From Lytechinus pictus (taxonomy: Eukaryota), in contig NC_087251.1 in assembly GCF_037042905.1 (NCBI RefSeq), forward strand, positions 10,108,001 to 10,168,000: DNA of 60,000 nt. The letters are read 5' to 3'. The notes beneath the pieces are model-generated. The model searched no databases, was not told the DNA's origin, and saw nothing but the letters and a program-made list of their open reading frames with translations. Both the position numbers and the translations under genes were made by a program. The stretch's first letter is position 1; each line of letters begins with the position of its first letter. Below are positions 37,192 to 51,272 of the stretch, piece after piece.

Positions 37192-40094
37192 TCAGTGTCA
37201 ATCCAAATTCTATGTCTCTGCTTTTCTAGACCAGCCTCTTAATATAACATTTTTATTATGCATTCAATTAGTGTACCACCAAAAATTAAATGATTTATTG
37301 TCTTACATATTATACTACATGTAACTGATCGTTATCTAACTGTTCATTTTTTTCTAAAATCATTTGGCAATTTAACATTCATACAAACCAATCAATTTGT
37401 TTCATCCTGTAAAATTTTATCACTTGATTGGTTCAATTACTGTAATTCATCTTTAACTTGACCATGGGCTAATTTTTTTACTTCTATTTCGCTAAAAAGT
37501 TCCCCTATTCCCTCCTTTCCACCACATATTTGTACTCTGTATTCCATGCCCGTTGCACATGTACGTGAAACAACATAGAAAATGGTTAGAGGAAAAGGGA
37601 GGGGCAACTAACCAAAGTCTGCCATTTCCCTTTCTGCATTGATACATTCCTGTTCTTGATAGTCCTGCATTGGTCATCAGAATGATGATGATGTCATAAT
37701 TTATGATTTATGCTCATCCTTCGATGCGTATGGCACACTTCACACAGAAAATATGAATATCAGGTGTGGAAACGCCCACCAACTTAAAGAGCCTGTTGCT
37801 CTTATAATTTTACATGTGTATGTACATTTATGTTTCTATTTTAAAATTGAACTGATTTCAGACTTGATTAGAATAAAGAATGATTCATACTTCTTTCTGT
37901 TCAACATTGATTCAATTTCTCATTTCAATATATTCATTTATTTTATAAAATACAAAGCAGAAAAAGCCTACTGATTGCAAAGCAGCCATTTCCTTTGATA
38001 TTTGTTATTAAAAAAAGATCATGTAATTTTATAACATGGGAGTCAAACTAAATTTACTACATTGATCATACTTCATGTTTAAAAACTGAAATAAGGCAAA
38101 TCAATGTGATTCAGATTAAAGAAACATGCTGCAATTTGATATTAACTTATTTTTATAGTGAGTCAATACACTCCCAGTATTTACATGTTTAGATGTAGTG
38201 TACATATATTGGTTATGATTGATTGCATGAAATTTAAAATATTACATGTTACTTATTAAAAAATACCAAGGAAATAAGGAGGTCATGACACCATCATAGT
38301 TTGCATATCATCCATGTTTTGTAAATCACTTATATATAAAAACAACTTTATTTAAATAAAAAAAAAGTTTGGTTCAATGATTTGCATGATTTTTTTTGCT
38401 ATTCAAGTTAAGGTGTTATTTGAGTGTACTTGACCTTTAATTTTGTAGAACAGAAGAGTGATTATGTATTACTTCTTTAGGAGATGAAAATCTAAGAAAC
38501 TTGACTTGACGTCACTATAAACCCAGCTCACCGGCAAGTTCCTGAAAAAATTGGGAATAAGGGGAAACATATTTTGCAGTTCTTTTATTTGTCTGGATTT
38601 TATTCCTTAGACAATTGCCCAGACACACTATCCAAGTAGGTGCAAGATATACTTCCGCCATTTTACCTGAAAATATGTAACAGCTGTGTGTAGCTTTTCT
38701 AATGATGATATGAACATGGTGATGCATGTACCACATCACCAAGCAGTTACGTGAACAGGGTAGGGGGCTTTCAAAGGGAAAATTGAAAATTTGCATGTAT
38801 TTTTATGAGAAAAGAACCATTTCAGTTGAAAAAAAAAATGTACAATTTATTAGTGTTAGGATGAGATCTGATTAGGTTTCTAGGAGCATTGATCACTGAA
38901 GACAGCAAATTGTTCTTTAAAAATAAAATGAAAAGGAGTGCAAAATAATGTATAGTTCACATGCACTGGATAAAGAATAGGCAATTTTTTTTTATTTACC
39001 AGTGTAGACATGGCAGTTTTGAACATTTTTTTTTAAATCACTTTTGTTTCAAGAAGGCATCATTTTGCGTTTTTTAAACAACTTCCAAGATATTGTTATT
39101 TTTCTTCCATTTTGTTATGTGTCTACTTTTCAAAAAGCCCATGTTGCACATTTTACCCTTTCATGCTTATCCTAAATGCTGAAACTTTGTTTTTGTCTTA
39201 TTTCGCTGATATTTATACTGTATTAGGTTTTATTCTGTTTACTTGAAATAAATTATGTGACTGCTGAGTATTGAATTTGAATGTTTAACCATGTGTCGCA
39301 GTATCCATGCAACACTATCAAACTTTGTCTGAAGAAACCCCCAAACCTCCTGCACTGTGGATTATGTACTTATGAACAATAATTTTTATGTACATTTTTT
39401 ATCAGTTTCATGCCCGAGTCAATCATTGGGTAAATTAAATTTCTTTCAGGTGAATGATACAACAACTGTGCTACAATGCAAGGCCCTTAAACTAGGGGCC
39501 ACACTCTCACTCCCGTTTTCATTGTTAGCATTTAGATTTTTGAAAAGTAGAAGATTCATTGTTACTGCATTTATATTCTTATATCTGAAAAGTGACTATA
39601 TTTTCTGAATCAAATCAACTTGGGATGGTATGGAATCAGTGATGAATCATATCACTTAGAGTCAAACTCTCTGGGAAAATAAGTCTCTTTAACATGGATA
39701 GAGTCAACTTTTATTTGATGCCATTTCCAGGTTAAAATTTGACTCCAGAGAAATAGGAGGGAGTTCACTTTCCAAGACAAATCGTATGATTTTCTTTTTC
39801 CATTTTCTTAATGTTTGCACCCCCACCCTTACCCCTAACAAAGAAATGTTAAATAAGAAAACTTGCTGAGATTTCTTCTTAGAACCTCTCTAGGTGCCAA
39901 TCAATATACATGTACATTTCAATATTTTCTATTCTAAGCTGCATGATTTTGTCCTGCAACTAGTTGGTATAATATCATTATTGATCAAAGAAAAATACAT
40001 AAAGTTATAAATGCTTGAACCACTATCATGATTAACTTTGAGTATGATTTCAGGTGAGATAATGAAATGTATCAACTTCTTATATTTCATACAG

Positions 40095-40235
40095 TGTGAC
40101 AGGATCCCATGATCGTACTCTACGTATTTGGAGCATGATTGATTATGAATGTAAACATGTCATCAAGCACCACTCTGATGCTGTTACCGGTCTCATTCTA
40201 GAAGACGATGTGGTCATCAGTGGGTCATTTGATAG
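40095..40235 (+). CDS. WD40 gene, window exon 8, WD repeats 3-4 (LVTGSHDRTLRIWSMIDYECKHVIKHHSDAVTGLILEDDVVISGSFD)
   Basis: tttcatacag acceptor, ag/gtaagg donor; phase 2/2, open. Confidence 0.95.
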
Positions 40236-42614
40236 GTAAGGATGCTTGTTATGTAGTGTTCGCTCTATTATATTTCAATATGATTTGTACAAAGACACAG
40301 TCTGTCTTCATATCGGTGCAAGAACGCCCTAAGCACCGCTTGCTGGTTTGTCACGTTGATACAAGAACACTCCTAACCCACACATTTTGCATTGCGTAAG
40401 GTTGTTTCTGCGAATCTGTAAACCTGTCGAAATACCCTCCATTTGTCCTTCTACATATACATACAAGAAAGCTCATTGATGAAGACAATCTCTCAGTTAG
40501 ATTGTGAAGTGATTCATATATTCAAAACATATTGGAGTGTTACATAAACCTGTTGAAATATGGAGCACCCCAGAGTGAGAGATACCTAATTAGTCATAGA
40601 GGTGATGAGATACACCGGTATGGCATGATTACAATTATACTTCCAATGAATCAGTGGTTGCAAGGACATTTCATGACAAGATGAGCAAATAGAGAAAGAC
40701 ATCCTGTTTGTAGAATAGAACGTCCTGCTTTGAGAGTGACCATTAGGTTTGGGTTGTCATCATTTAACATCTGGTCGTATCATCACATGGATCGTGTCAA
40801 TTGTTGGTGGTTATATTGTGGTTTGCATTAGTAACCAAAGTACACTGTCCTCAAACAAGCCAAGAAAAATTGTTTTGTTTCAGTGATAATACAGTAATTA
40901 TGATGATCAATATTCATGATTTTAAGTATTAGTAACATATTTGCAGCACCTTGAATTGTACATCATGGCAATTAATTTTATAGCTTTGTATATCTCAGTC
41001 AGCATTTTTGTCATTTCACTGACAGATTTTTCTATACGCAACATCTTGTCTTTTTGAAAATATGTAAAAATATCCTGTTATCTTCAAACTGTATTTCTTA
41101 TTAATTAAAGTTATAATTTGTTTATTTTATTCAGAAACCTAATCCAATCTTTGCTCAGACATCCAACATTAGATGTGGGGTAACGTCTTGGATCATTTTG
41201 TAAATATTTTTATTAATTCTATGAATGGTAATTTGTTTAAAAATATTCTACAGTTGTGACAAAATTTGTCCCATCAAATCACACAAAATCGGTAGCTCGT
41301 GATATCAGCTTGAACAATGTCATTAATAACAAGTTTTGTGAAAGACGGCTTTGTAATTCATAAGTGTGGAATGAAATTATTTTTAATCATTCATCCAAAG
41401 TTTTAACTTAGTTAACTTATTTGACCAAAAATTTCCCTATATTTCTATGACGGATTTTGGTGTCTTTCAGCAGTTTAGTCCATGTTATTCAATCTAAATA
41501 TAAGATAAAACATTGATTCCTTAGGGTAGATTTCAGAGTGTGATTAATGCCTTGTCCTTCTCATGCTATTGACACACCTGATTATTTTTTCTTATTTTCA
41601 ATGGTTTCTAAAGATCCCCCGGTAGATTTTCTTTAATTTTCCAATTGAAATCCAAAGACACTTCATGGTAAATGTATTTAAGAGTGCAATGCATACCATA
41701 TGGCACCTGAAGGGTGGTGCTGTACAAATTATATATGATAGTAATTAATAAGGTAGTGTTAAAGAGCAATGTTTTTTCCAGATATTGTCATCTTGAAGGG
41801 TTTTTTATCATGTCCATGGGTGAATCACTATCCTTCATGCCAATATCCAACTTTCACAATCTCCAACAGACCATATCAATTATCCTCCTTCATTGTGAGT
41901 AATTTAATCAAGGGACCAATCATCAAAAAGTTCTCTGGAACTCCTACATGATCGGAAGGATGTCCTAAGCAAAAATTGGTAGAAATTGTTTTGCAATAAC
42001 CACTGAAGGCTATTGCATCAAAATAATATGATTCATATGAGTTTTAGATGTTTGATTGTTTGTTGGTTCAATGTCAGTGAACGCTTTTGTCTTCAGGGTG
42101 GTCCAGGAGACATGTATCTAATGATGGTGCGTAAGTTAAAAGCTGATCATATGCAACATAGGAAGCATCTATAGGGAGGGGAAGTATTCATTACCTCCTG
42201 GGTGCATACATGTACCTCTCACCATCTGGGATTATTCACAAATCAAACAATGAACAATACAATTCCCTCATAATATCAAAATATTTCTACTTTTGTTGTT
42301 TGTAGCTCTTCAAAGAGCTGGATGTGTAAGTAAAACAAACCCTCCTTCTACAAGCTTGCTTCTCATTTTTTCTTTTATCTCGATGTTTGTGCAGAACTGT
42401 TCCATCAGTCATATTTTCTGCAGCATTGCATGCTCCTTGTAATTCTATCCTCTTTCAGGGGTTTTAGGGGATTAGTGCATCATATGAATGCTTTATTTTC
42501 TGTATCTTTCCAATAGTTAGAAATTATGTTGTTTGGTGCCGATATGATTATTCTGCCTTGTATTGTTTTTAATTCATACTTTATTGATCACTGAATTGAC
42601 TTTTAGGACAGATA

Positions 42615-42986
42615 AGCCCGAATGCAGAACAGGTTTTTTCTTTAATCTGTGGTTTAAACCATGGTTTATGCAGATTTCATGCATTAAAATACCCTTAAGT
42701 ATAGTGTACACTGAGAAGGAGCCCAATAATTCATTACTCATTTTTTATCGGCAGATGCTAAGTTCATGCTTGTTGCTATGTTTAATGAGCTCATAGTTTT
42801 TAATTTATAAGTCAGCTATATGCAAATAACTTACATAAATAACTGGACTCAAACCATAGCAACAAGTATGAATTGAGCATCCTCTGATAAAAGCACACAT
42901 TCTTTTTTTTACTCTAATTTGTGAAATCTACATAAACCATGATTTTGAAAAATTATGGTTTAAACCAGCCTTTGTGAATACAAGCT
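42615..42986. mobile_element. Decayed Harbinger-like MITE
   Basis: Inverted arms atggtttatgcagatttca / tgaaatctacataaaccat and tggtttaaacca at both ends. Confidence 0.65.
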
Positions 42987-43189
42987 ATTATATTGGCAAA
43001 GTTTGACATCAGCTTAGGTAGTTTTAGACCAAGTTACATGTGCGTTATACCAAGTGTACCTGAAAAAGCAGATAAGTGGTGTTTGATTTTTTTTTTAAAG
43101 ATAATTGGTTACAGTGTCTTTTACCAAAGAAAGATCATTGAATTTTGGTGACATGAAATCACTTCTAAGCTAATTTCTTTCTTTTTTAA

Positions 43190-43792
43190 AGGTCAAGTCC
43201 ACCTCAGAAAAATGTTGATTTGAATGAATAGAGAAAAATCCGACAAGCATAATGCTGAAAATTTCATCAAAATCGGATGTAAAATAAGTAAGTTATGACA
43301 TTTCAAAGTTTCGCTTATTTTTAACAAAATAGTTATATGAACGAGCCAGTTACATCCAGATGAGAGAGTCGATGATGTCACTCACTCACTATTTCTTTTG
43401 TTTTTTATTGTTTGAATTATACAATATTTCAATTTTTACGAATTTGATGATTAGGACCTCCTTGCCTGAAGAACAAAATGTTAAAATAATGGAATTCCAC
43501 GTGTTCAGGGAGAAATGAAACTTCATTTCACATGGCAATGACGAGAAAATCAAAATATTTCATATTTCATATGATAAAATACAAAAGAAATAGTGAGTGA
43601 GTGACATCATCGACTCTCTCATCTGGATGTAACTGGCTCGTTCATATAACTATTTTGTCAAAAATAAGCGAAACTTTAAAATTTCATAACTTTCTTATTT
43701 TACATCCGATTTTGATGAAATTTTCAGTGTTATGCTTGTTGATTTTTTCTCTTTTTATTCAAATCAAGTTTTTGTTGGGGTAGACTTGTCCT
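43190..43792 (+). mobile_element. Palindromic Kolobok/T2-type MITE (TTAA TSD), family A, well preserved copy
   Basis: ttaa|aggtcaagtccac ... gtagacttgtcct|ttaa; near-identical inverted arms of about 210 bp, which explain the mirrored ORFs at 43193 and 43601. Confidence 0.93.
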
Positions 43793-43939
43793 TTAAATTA
43801 GTAATTTAATATCACAAACTTGGCAAGAGATGATAAATAAAATGTGTCAGGATCAGCCTGTAGGATGTGTGTTGTATTCAGGAAACCTATAAATGTGTAT
43901 CAGCATGAGTAAAAATGGAGAAAGATGTTACTTGCCTGT

Positions 43940-44113
43940 AACATTGAACTGGCCATATAAAAGACCGTTTTTAAACACTCCAAAATGAATGATCTTGGAA
44001 TCATTCTTTTCATTTCAACATGCATTAACCAAACATGTAATCAGAAATTAAACATTTTGAGGCCAAGGTTCTTAAAATTTAATGTCCTGCTCTTTTTCTT
44101 GGACACCCAGTAT
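43940..44113. mobile_element. Tc1/mariner-like terminal fragment
   Basis: Ends ttggacacccag|ta; the partner end was not seen. Confidence 0.4.
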
Positions 44114-47100
44114 ATTTCCCAACTCATCACTCTTCTCTTGAATCCTGAGATGTATCAAGACTCATATTATTTTATCATTGTCATGCTTGCCTTCAAGAAG
44201 GTCTTTGACTCCTACAACAATCATTTTTAGTAAGATAGAATGATTCCTATGATGAGTAAATGGTTGTGATTGATGCAGTTCTATAGTGTTTAAAGTGATT
44301 CCTTGGTTAGCAGCCAAATAATGAAGGAAAGCACATCAATTGATGAAAGCCAACAGACGGTGTTGATAGAGGAGGGTAGCGGTTAGGGGAGGATGGGAAG
44401 CAGAGTAGCCCAGCTTTCCTGCCTGCCTGCCTCTCTGTATCGTGCTGTGGCTTGTTAAGGAGCATGCCCCTGTGAGCCATGGTACAATGACCGACATCAG
44501 ACATGTATGGTCAGAAATAGATGCATCAGCTATCGTAACTGCTATGCACAGTATTTTTATTTTGTATGGTTATGAACTATAATTGGCTTAACACAACCAG
44601 TACTAAGAGTTAGAAAAAGAGGAATACAAAAAAATCTTTATAAAAATCTTAAAATCCATATTTTATTGTTCGAAATAGACACCAGAAATGAAATACTCCG
44701 AAAATTGAAAAAAAAATAAAAATAAATTGAAAAACAGAAATTCAGGGTAGGGGGTATGTGTAAAGTTAGAAGATAGAACAACATCCTACTTTGAAAGTGA
44801 CTATTGATTTAGTGATCATAATTACAATGATGATTATGCTAATTATGATCATTAATAATATCTTTCAGCAATGCAACATACTGAATAAGTGTGAGAGGCA
44901 GAGATTGGTTACGTACGAGAGAGAGAAAGAAGAAACACAATAGGGATAGACATAGGGATAAAGAACAAGTGGGGAAGGAAGAAGATACTGTGAAGGGGTA
45001 TACAAAAAGAAACATGAGGAGTCTAAAAGATGGCGGGAAAATGAGATGCATCCATGGTTAGGGTTAGGATTGTGAGTGATCTGAGCACAGAAAAAGAGTC
45101 TTTGTCACAAAATGTTCAAAAGGAAATCAGATTCTGTTTAATAGTACTGTTTTGAATCCTCTTTTCATTGTATGCAAGCATTTGTACTTAGTTCAATTGC
45201 GTCATTTAATTTTTAAATTTTGGTCGTTATAAGAATCCATCAAAACAAATAGCAAACCAATAGCTGTTTGGTAACCACCTTCTTTGTGATCTTTTATTGA
45301 AGAAACATATTTAGTTGAACAAATAAGTAGTAGGAGTAGTAATTTGCCATTGGTTAAAGTGATGAAATCTAAATGAAATTCTCCTTATTTGTCCCCATTC
45401 ATGATTCACAAGAGTTTTGCACTGTATGTGATTGTTCAAAGATTCCATCTAAAAATAATATTCATGGAAAATGACTAAAACATGTGATAAGGAGATTGTC
45501 TGAAAATTCCATCTTGAAATAAAATTCATAGAAAAATAGCAGTTAGTAATTCCCTAAACATGAAATTGTAGGTGGGAGAGAAATCAGCAGTCATCAAGAT
45601 TTTAGATGAAAAGTAGCAAATGACAAGAGATATCAGAAAAATGTAGGATGTGGTCTGAAAAGTTAACCAAGAACAAAAGCATTGCTCGTCGATCAGCTTC
45701 CTGTATGTGTGATTGGCAGAGATAGAATTTTAATCTCAAGGTCAAAATGCACATCATAAATACATTGGGTTGAAGATTCATAAATTTATTAGTTCCTGTC
45801 TGTAAAAAGAAAAAAAAACACCCACCGTACTGCCCAAGTTAAAGGTATGATTAAATATTCAAATTGGTAAACTAAAAGTGTTGGATGTTCAATGGCAATA
45901 GGAAACTTAGATTCCAGTAAAGAGATTACCCATCAAAAATTATATTTGAACTTAAAGATCATTTCTGTTTTGTATGCAGACAGAGAACCAGAAATGATAA
46001 AAGAATGCATGCTGTCTTCTGATAGTTTTTTGCACATGTGTCCAGTGTAGGTTGTTTATTACTTTTATTCCCCAAGACAAAGATAATCATTATCTCATTT
46101 TAATATTGTTACTAATTAATACACAGAATAGTTTGAATGACCTACTAAAACTTCATAATGTATATTGATATATGCGGTGATTTACATTGTTGAAACGTTG
46201 TTGAAAAAAAATGGCATTTGCACAGTAGTGTTATGTTTATCAATTTCTGTATTCCCACTTTGCTAACATAATTTCTACTCTTGTACAGCCACTAGTGCTT
46301 TTGAAAACACAATCAAACTTGCCAATGTATTGAAAAAGTCACAAATCATGAAAATGGCTTGCTCGCCAACTTATTACTTTAAATTTCCATATTTTAGATT
46401 AGTTTGTGTATGTTTTTTATATAGGGGGTGGGGGTATTCAGAGTCCAACATTGAAATTGAAACACCAGCGAGGATTTTTCTTCTTTTGTATACATGTATT
46501 TCAATAAGATATAATAACATGTGTATGTGTACATTGAAATATAAAGAAATTTCAAGGTAAGTTTTTTTTAAATGTGTGAAATGCAATCCTGTTGCAATAA
46601 ACAATGTCACATCTACTTTAGATCCAAGATCTTATCATAGCATGTTTTATGAATCTTCATAGAATATATAAGCCTATAATTTGTAAATGTATTGTACATT
46701 TTATTTATTAATGCAATATATGTAAAATTAAGATGTCATCATGGATTTATGGCAAGTATTGAACCTGATTTGAAATTGAATTTGTTTTTAATTTTTGTCC
46801 TCTAATGTTGAATTCCATTTCCACCTTTTCTTTATTGTATCCTTTCATTTGTACTCTATATTAGTTTAGAAAATCATAAATTAATCATCAGTTCTCAAAC
46901 TTCATATTTTTAGCAGATCAAATGGAAGTCAAAGTAATTAATATGTGACCTCTTGTTGAATGATAAAATTAGAACAAAGAATGTTCATATCAGTTTGCCT
47001 CTTTCATTTCTATATTTCATATTCATAAGTAAATTAGGGCATCTGAACTACTCAGACAATCCCCACTGTGTATCAAAATGATTAGAAAAACATGTATACC

Positions 47101-50100
47101 TTCAAGGTTCTATGATTTTGAGACACAATTTTTTACCACAATTGTTATTGCCCCTTGGAGAATATCTGCTAAAAGTGCAACATGACATTGACTGTTTCAC
47201 TGGGAGTTCACTTAGATGAGAGAGAAAGAGGAAAGAGGGGGGTAAAACAATTAAATCTTCTTTAAAAAAAAACACTCACTATACCAGCTTAAAGAAACTA
47301 ACACCCTGCATCCATTCTGGGTTATTTTGTGGTGGTGGAGCCATTTTACAGGAAATTTATTCCTGTTTGCCAAGGAGAAAACGATAAACTATGATGTTAA
47401 TTTGTCCCAAGAGTCACAACCCCTTGAATTTGACTCCAGAGGATATGGTTTGTCTCTAGGCAGTTGTTGTGTAGTCCCATATATTGAAGTTCAAGGCAGG
47501 AAGGAGGTGCTTACAGCTTGGGATCATATGCATAGGGGAAACATTGCATTCTTCGTTGTTACGCCTTCACCGAGGAAAACGATGAAAAGAGGATAAATAA
47601 ATTATGAACCTGAAGTGAGTGAATTGAAATGTCAAGAATATGAAATAAACCAGAGGGCAGAAACTCTTTTAAGCTTGAGTATTGTGGTCAAGAACTTGGT
47701 GACGTGTGCCTAATTTATGCTTTCCTTGTACCTAACGATTTAATCATTTAATTTGTTTGTAGGCATGCAAGCTGTAGAAGAGAAGAGAAATGGAAATATT
47801 TTTTCAGAGAATTTTTTTTTTTACTGTTCTGAAAAATATCTGACCCTAAACTCTAATCAAAGCTTATTTGAAATTGCAAACCCTCCCTAAATGTACAAAT
47901 CAAATTGATGTTACAGAACTGTAGATTCAGTGTGTTTTTACTTTTGCACATTATGTATATTTTAAGCATATTCCTGTTTGTGTATCATGTATATTATCAT
48001 GGACCTTCTAGTCAGAGTAGTAGGTCCATGATATAATGAACATGTATGTGCTTTGTCATTTCCCTTTGTAATGCCTGAATCACACATTATTCTCTTTTTA
48101 TAAAAATATAATCTGATATAAATGAAGACCTAGATCTATAGATTTCAAAGATATTGTTTATATTTGATAACAGTTACCCAGGGATATAGCCTTACCTGTG
48201 TATAGCTAGTCATGCATCTATTCACATTGATTATTAATTTTCTGATGAGACATCTCACCTGTACTATAGCCAACAGACTGGACATTATCAAGCCATCTTT
48301 CATAATGACCCATATTTGCTACTTCCTCAAAGGAAACAGATTCAAAGGCTCTAAGCCCCACTTCGAAACCATGCAATCATTCCTAATCATTCCCCATGAA
48401 ATTCAAATACCTCCATCCATCCAATATTCATCGATGATTATAATCTCATTGCCTTTCTTGACCTTCCTTTATACCTTCAAACTGGCTACAAATCAAGTCT
48501 GGTCCATTTGTGATTGGTTGTAATAAGCCAGCTAATTGCTCCTAGAGGAATCTAAAACCGGCTTGCAGATACGCCTTTCCAAATGCCTTCTGGGCTGCTA
48601 TGGGGTGAATAGCAGGTTTGTGACCTTATTCTATCATCTCCAGAATAACTTGAGCAAATTTTGTAAATTTATCCTCAACAAAATATATAGACCTACATAG
48701 GTGATCCCTATCTCAATCTTTTTATGTTAACTCTACTCTTGGATTGATTTGAAAAGGAAGACTGTGATTAAATAATTAAAAACAACAGAGTTTCATCAAA
48801 ATCAAATGAAAAATAACAAAATCTGAGTATTTGAATATGACAGAAACCATGAGTGAGGCTGCATTTCCAAAAAAAGTGGTGTGATTTTTTTCTTTTGTAT
48901 TTGATTATACAAAATTACAAACATTCATTTAGCTCAAATTATGTAAGTAAGATTTGGCTCATCTTTAATTACTTTAAATAGTTAATTATTAATTATGTAA
49001 CTGTACTGTTCAACACAGTTTATAGCTCTGGTTTTTTTTTAAGCAAACAAGGTTAAGTTATTAAACTTGTTTTATTCACAGACATCCAACACGGGGGCCA
49101 TTTTTAAATATTGAAAGGAAGGTATCATTCAAAGAGGCCTGATATATACCATATCACATGTGAACAGATCTGTTATCCAATACAGTAGGATATGGCAAGC
49201 TTACTCAAGGGATCATAAATATATCAAATACCTGGGGCATATCACAAGAAACAAGTCAATTCTCATTAGCTGCATTTTCCTGTCCTTTCCTGTGCCCCTA
49301 AATAAGTCTTGTGTCTGACTCTTCTAGTGTTTGATTGATATATTACTATCAAAGTAACATCATACTTGAAAGATTGAAGGGTGTATTGGCAGGATGACTT
49401 TTCTTGTTGCTCATGCTGATGCTTGTTTTAAAGTTTGTCTAAAGTTTTGGTAAAATTTCAATAATACGAACATATTTTACAACAGCATTTCTTTTTAAAT
49501 TTTTTTTAAATTGTTTTCCAATTGTTTAAAAGAAAATATGCTCAGAAAATGAGAAATATCTCAATATCCAATCATCGTTGTTTTATAGCTTATCTGTATT
49601 TTGATCTGTTATTAGGAGCTCATTTATAAAGATCCCCTTGTAATGAAATAAGTTTGATTGGATAAAGGACAAATTATTTAATCTTTCTTTATGCAAGTAT
49701 CTTAATGACCCAGATATTTCACTTTTGTTCAATCTAATTACTTTTATATTTGTTTCCTCCTGAAACTGTCTTTTCAATTTGTATCATCAGATATCAGACT
49801 GATGTGAAAGTAATTATCAATCATTTGCTTTTAAAATGGAAGTTTCTGTTGCTTCAATTTTAGGGCGGTGTATTACAAGTCTTAATTGTGATTGACCTAT
49901 TTCGGAATCAGATAAAGAAAATTGTTTTTATACCCTTAATCAAATTATAGTATTTTGATTTAAATTGTGACTGAAAAATTGCATAAAGATTGATTATAAA
50001 TTCTGTACATAATTCTTGGCTCAAGTATTCAATCACTTTTTTTTAAAACTTTACATAAAAAAAATAATACTCAAATTGAAGTTCAAGTGGATGTGAATTG

Positions 50101-50425
50101 TCGATTAAAATTAAAGTATGAATTCTTTATTATTTTTTTCCTTTTAACCTTTTACAGCAAGTTAACTATCTGAATTTCTTTTTTTGGGGGGAATGCATTG
50201 CTGTTCTTTTAGCTTTAAGCAGTTTTAGTAGCCTATTTGTCTGATTGTTTGCATGTGATGTATGTATTGATTTCAACCATGTTGTCATCAAGACTCAAAT
50301 TATGCACCAATTTCTGATCATTTCTGACACTTAATTCTTCCCCAATGATGGCTTTATTTGGTCCCATCAGCCCTTTTAGGTGACTCTCAGATGTATTTGA
50401 TTACATCCTTGCAATTGATATCTTT

Positions 50426-51272
50426 GGCCGTGTTTATGCTTCCACTTTTCAGGCCAGAATCAGCATTTCCAAACGTGATTAGTCCAAAACGCGGTTGCGT
50501 CCATGCTTACTTTCATTTAAACGCTGTTTCAAAACGATGATCGTAAACTCACAAAAAGGTGCGTTTGTAAACGTCGTTTGACCAGGATCAGGCTTTCTGG
50601 GGATGGATAAACAGAACCACGATCATAAACGTGTTTAAATGACGTCATTTGGTACATGCTTCCGATGAGATGAAAATCCGCGGGCAAATACAGTCGCATT
50701 GCTCCATGGTCGCATGTTACCTCCACGGAATTACCTCTCATCTCCATTGTTTTGCATGTGTAGTACTATTACTAGTATTACTCTTCCAATTTGTCATCAC
50801 GATGAACGTTGAGGGATTTACACCCAAAAAAAACCCTGGAACATGAGTTATAATGAGGAGATATTCGCCAGATGCCCCAGTAGCATAAAGAAATAGATAT
50901 TTTATTATTTTGTATACTTAATATTCTTTATTTTTTCTTACTATTATCCTCACCATGGTGGAAATTATATGGTTATATCAAGAAGCTCCATGCAATGACT
51001 AAAATATCGAAATTGTTTGATGTTTATATAACAGTCGACGAACCTTCCCCATAACAACACTCATAAAAAAACTTTCGAAAAAGGGCGCGCCCAATTTGAC
51101 CTCGCTTTCCTGCTCAACGACAATTATGATGCGAAGCCAGCTGGAGATCGTGATTTCGCCTCTGAAAAGTTAAGCATAAACAGCACTTCCAGAACCAGGT
51201 TTGCGATCAGTGTTATGAATCAACGTTTGAAAACGCTGATTCTGTCCTCGCAATGGAAGCATAAACACACCC
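50426..51272. mobile_element. PIF/Harbinger-like non-autonomous element
   Basis: TIRs ggccgtgtttatgcttcca / tggaagcataaacacaccc with extended subterminal IR; 3-bp ttt flanks; CpG-rich relative to the intron. Confidence 0.85.

Noticed and set aside
43193..43783. Two nearly identical ORFs on opposite strands
   Set aside because: Mirror images from the palindromic arms of a MITE.
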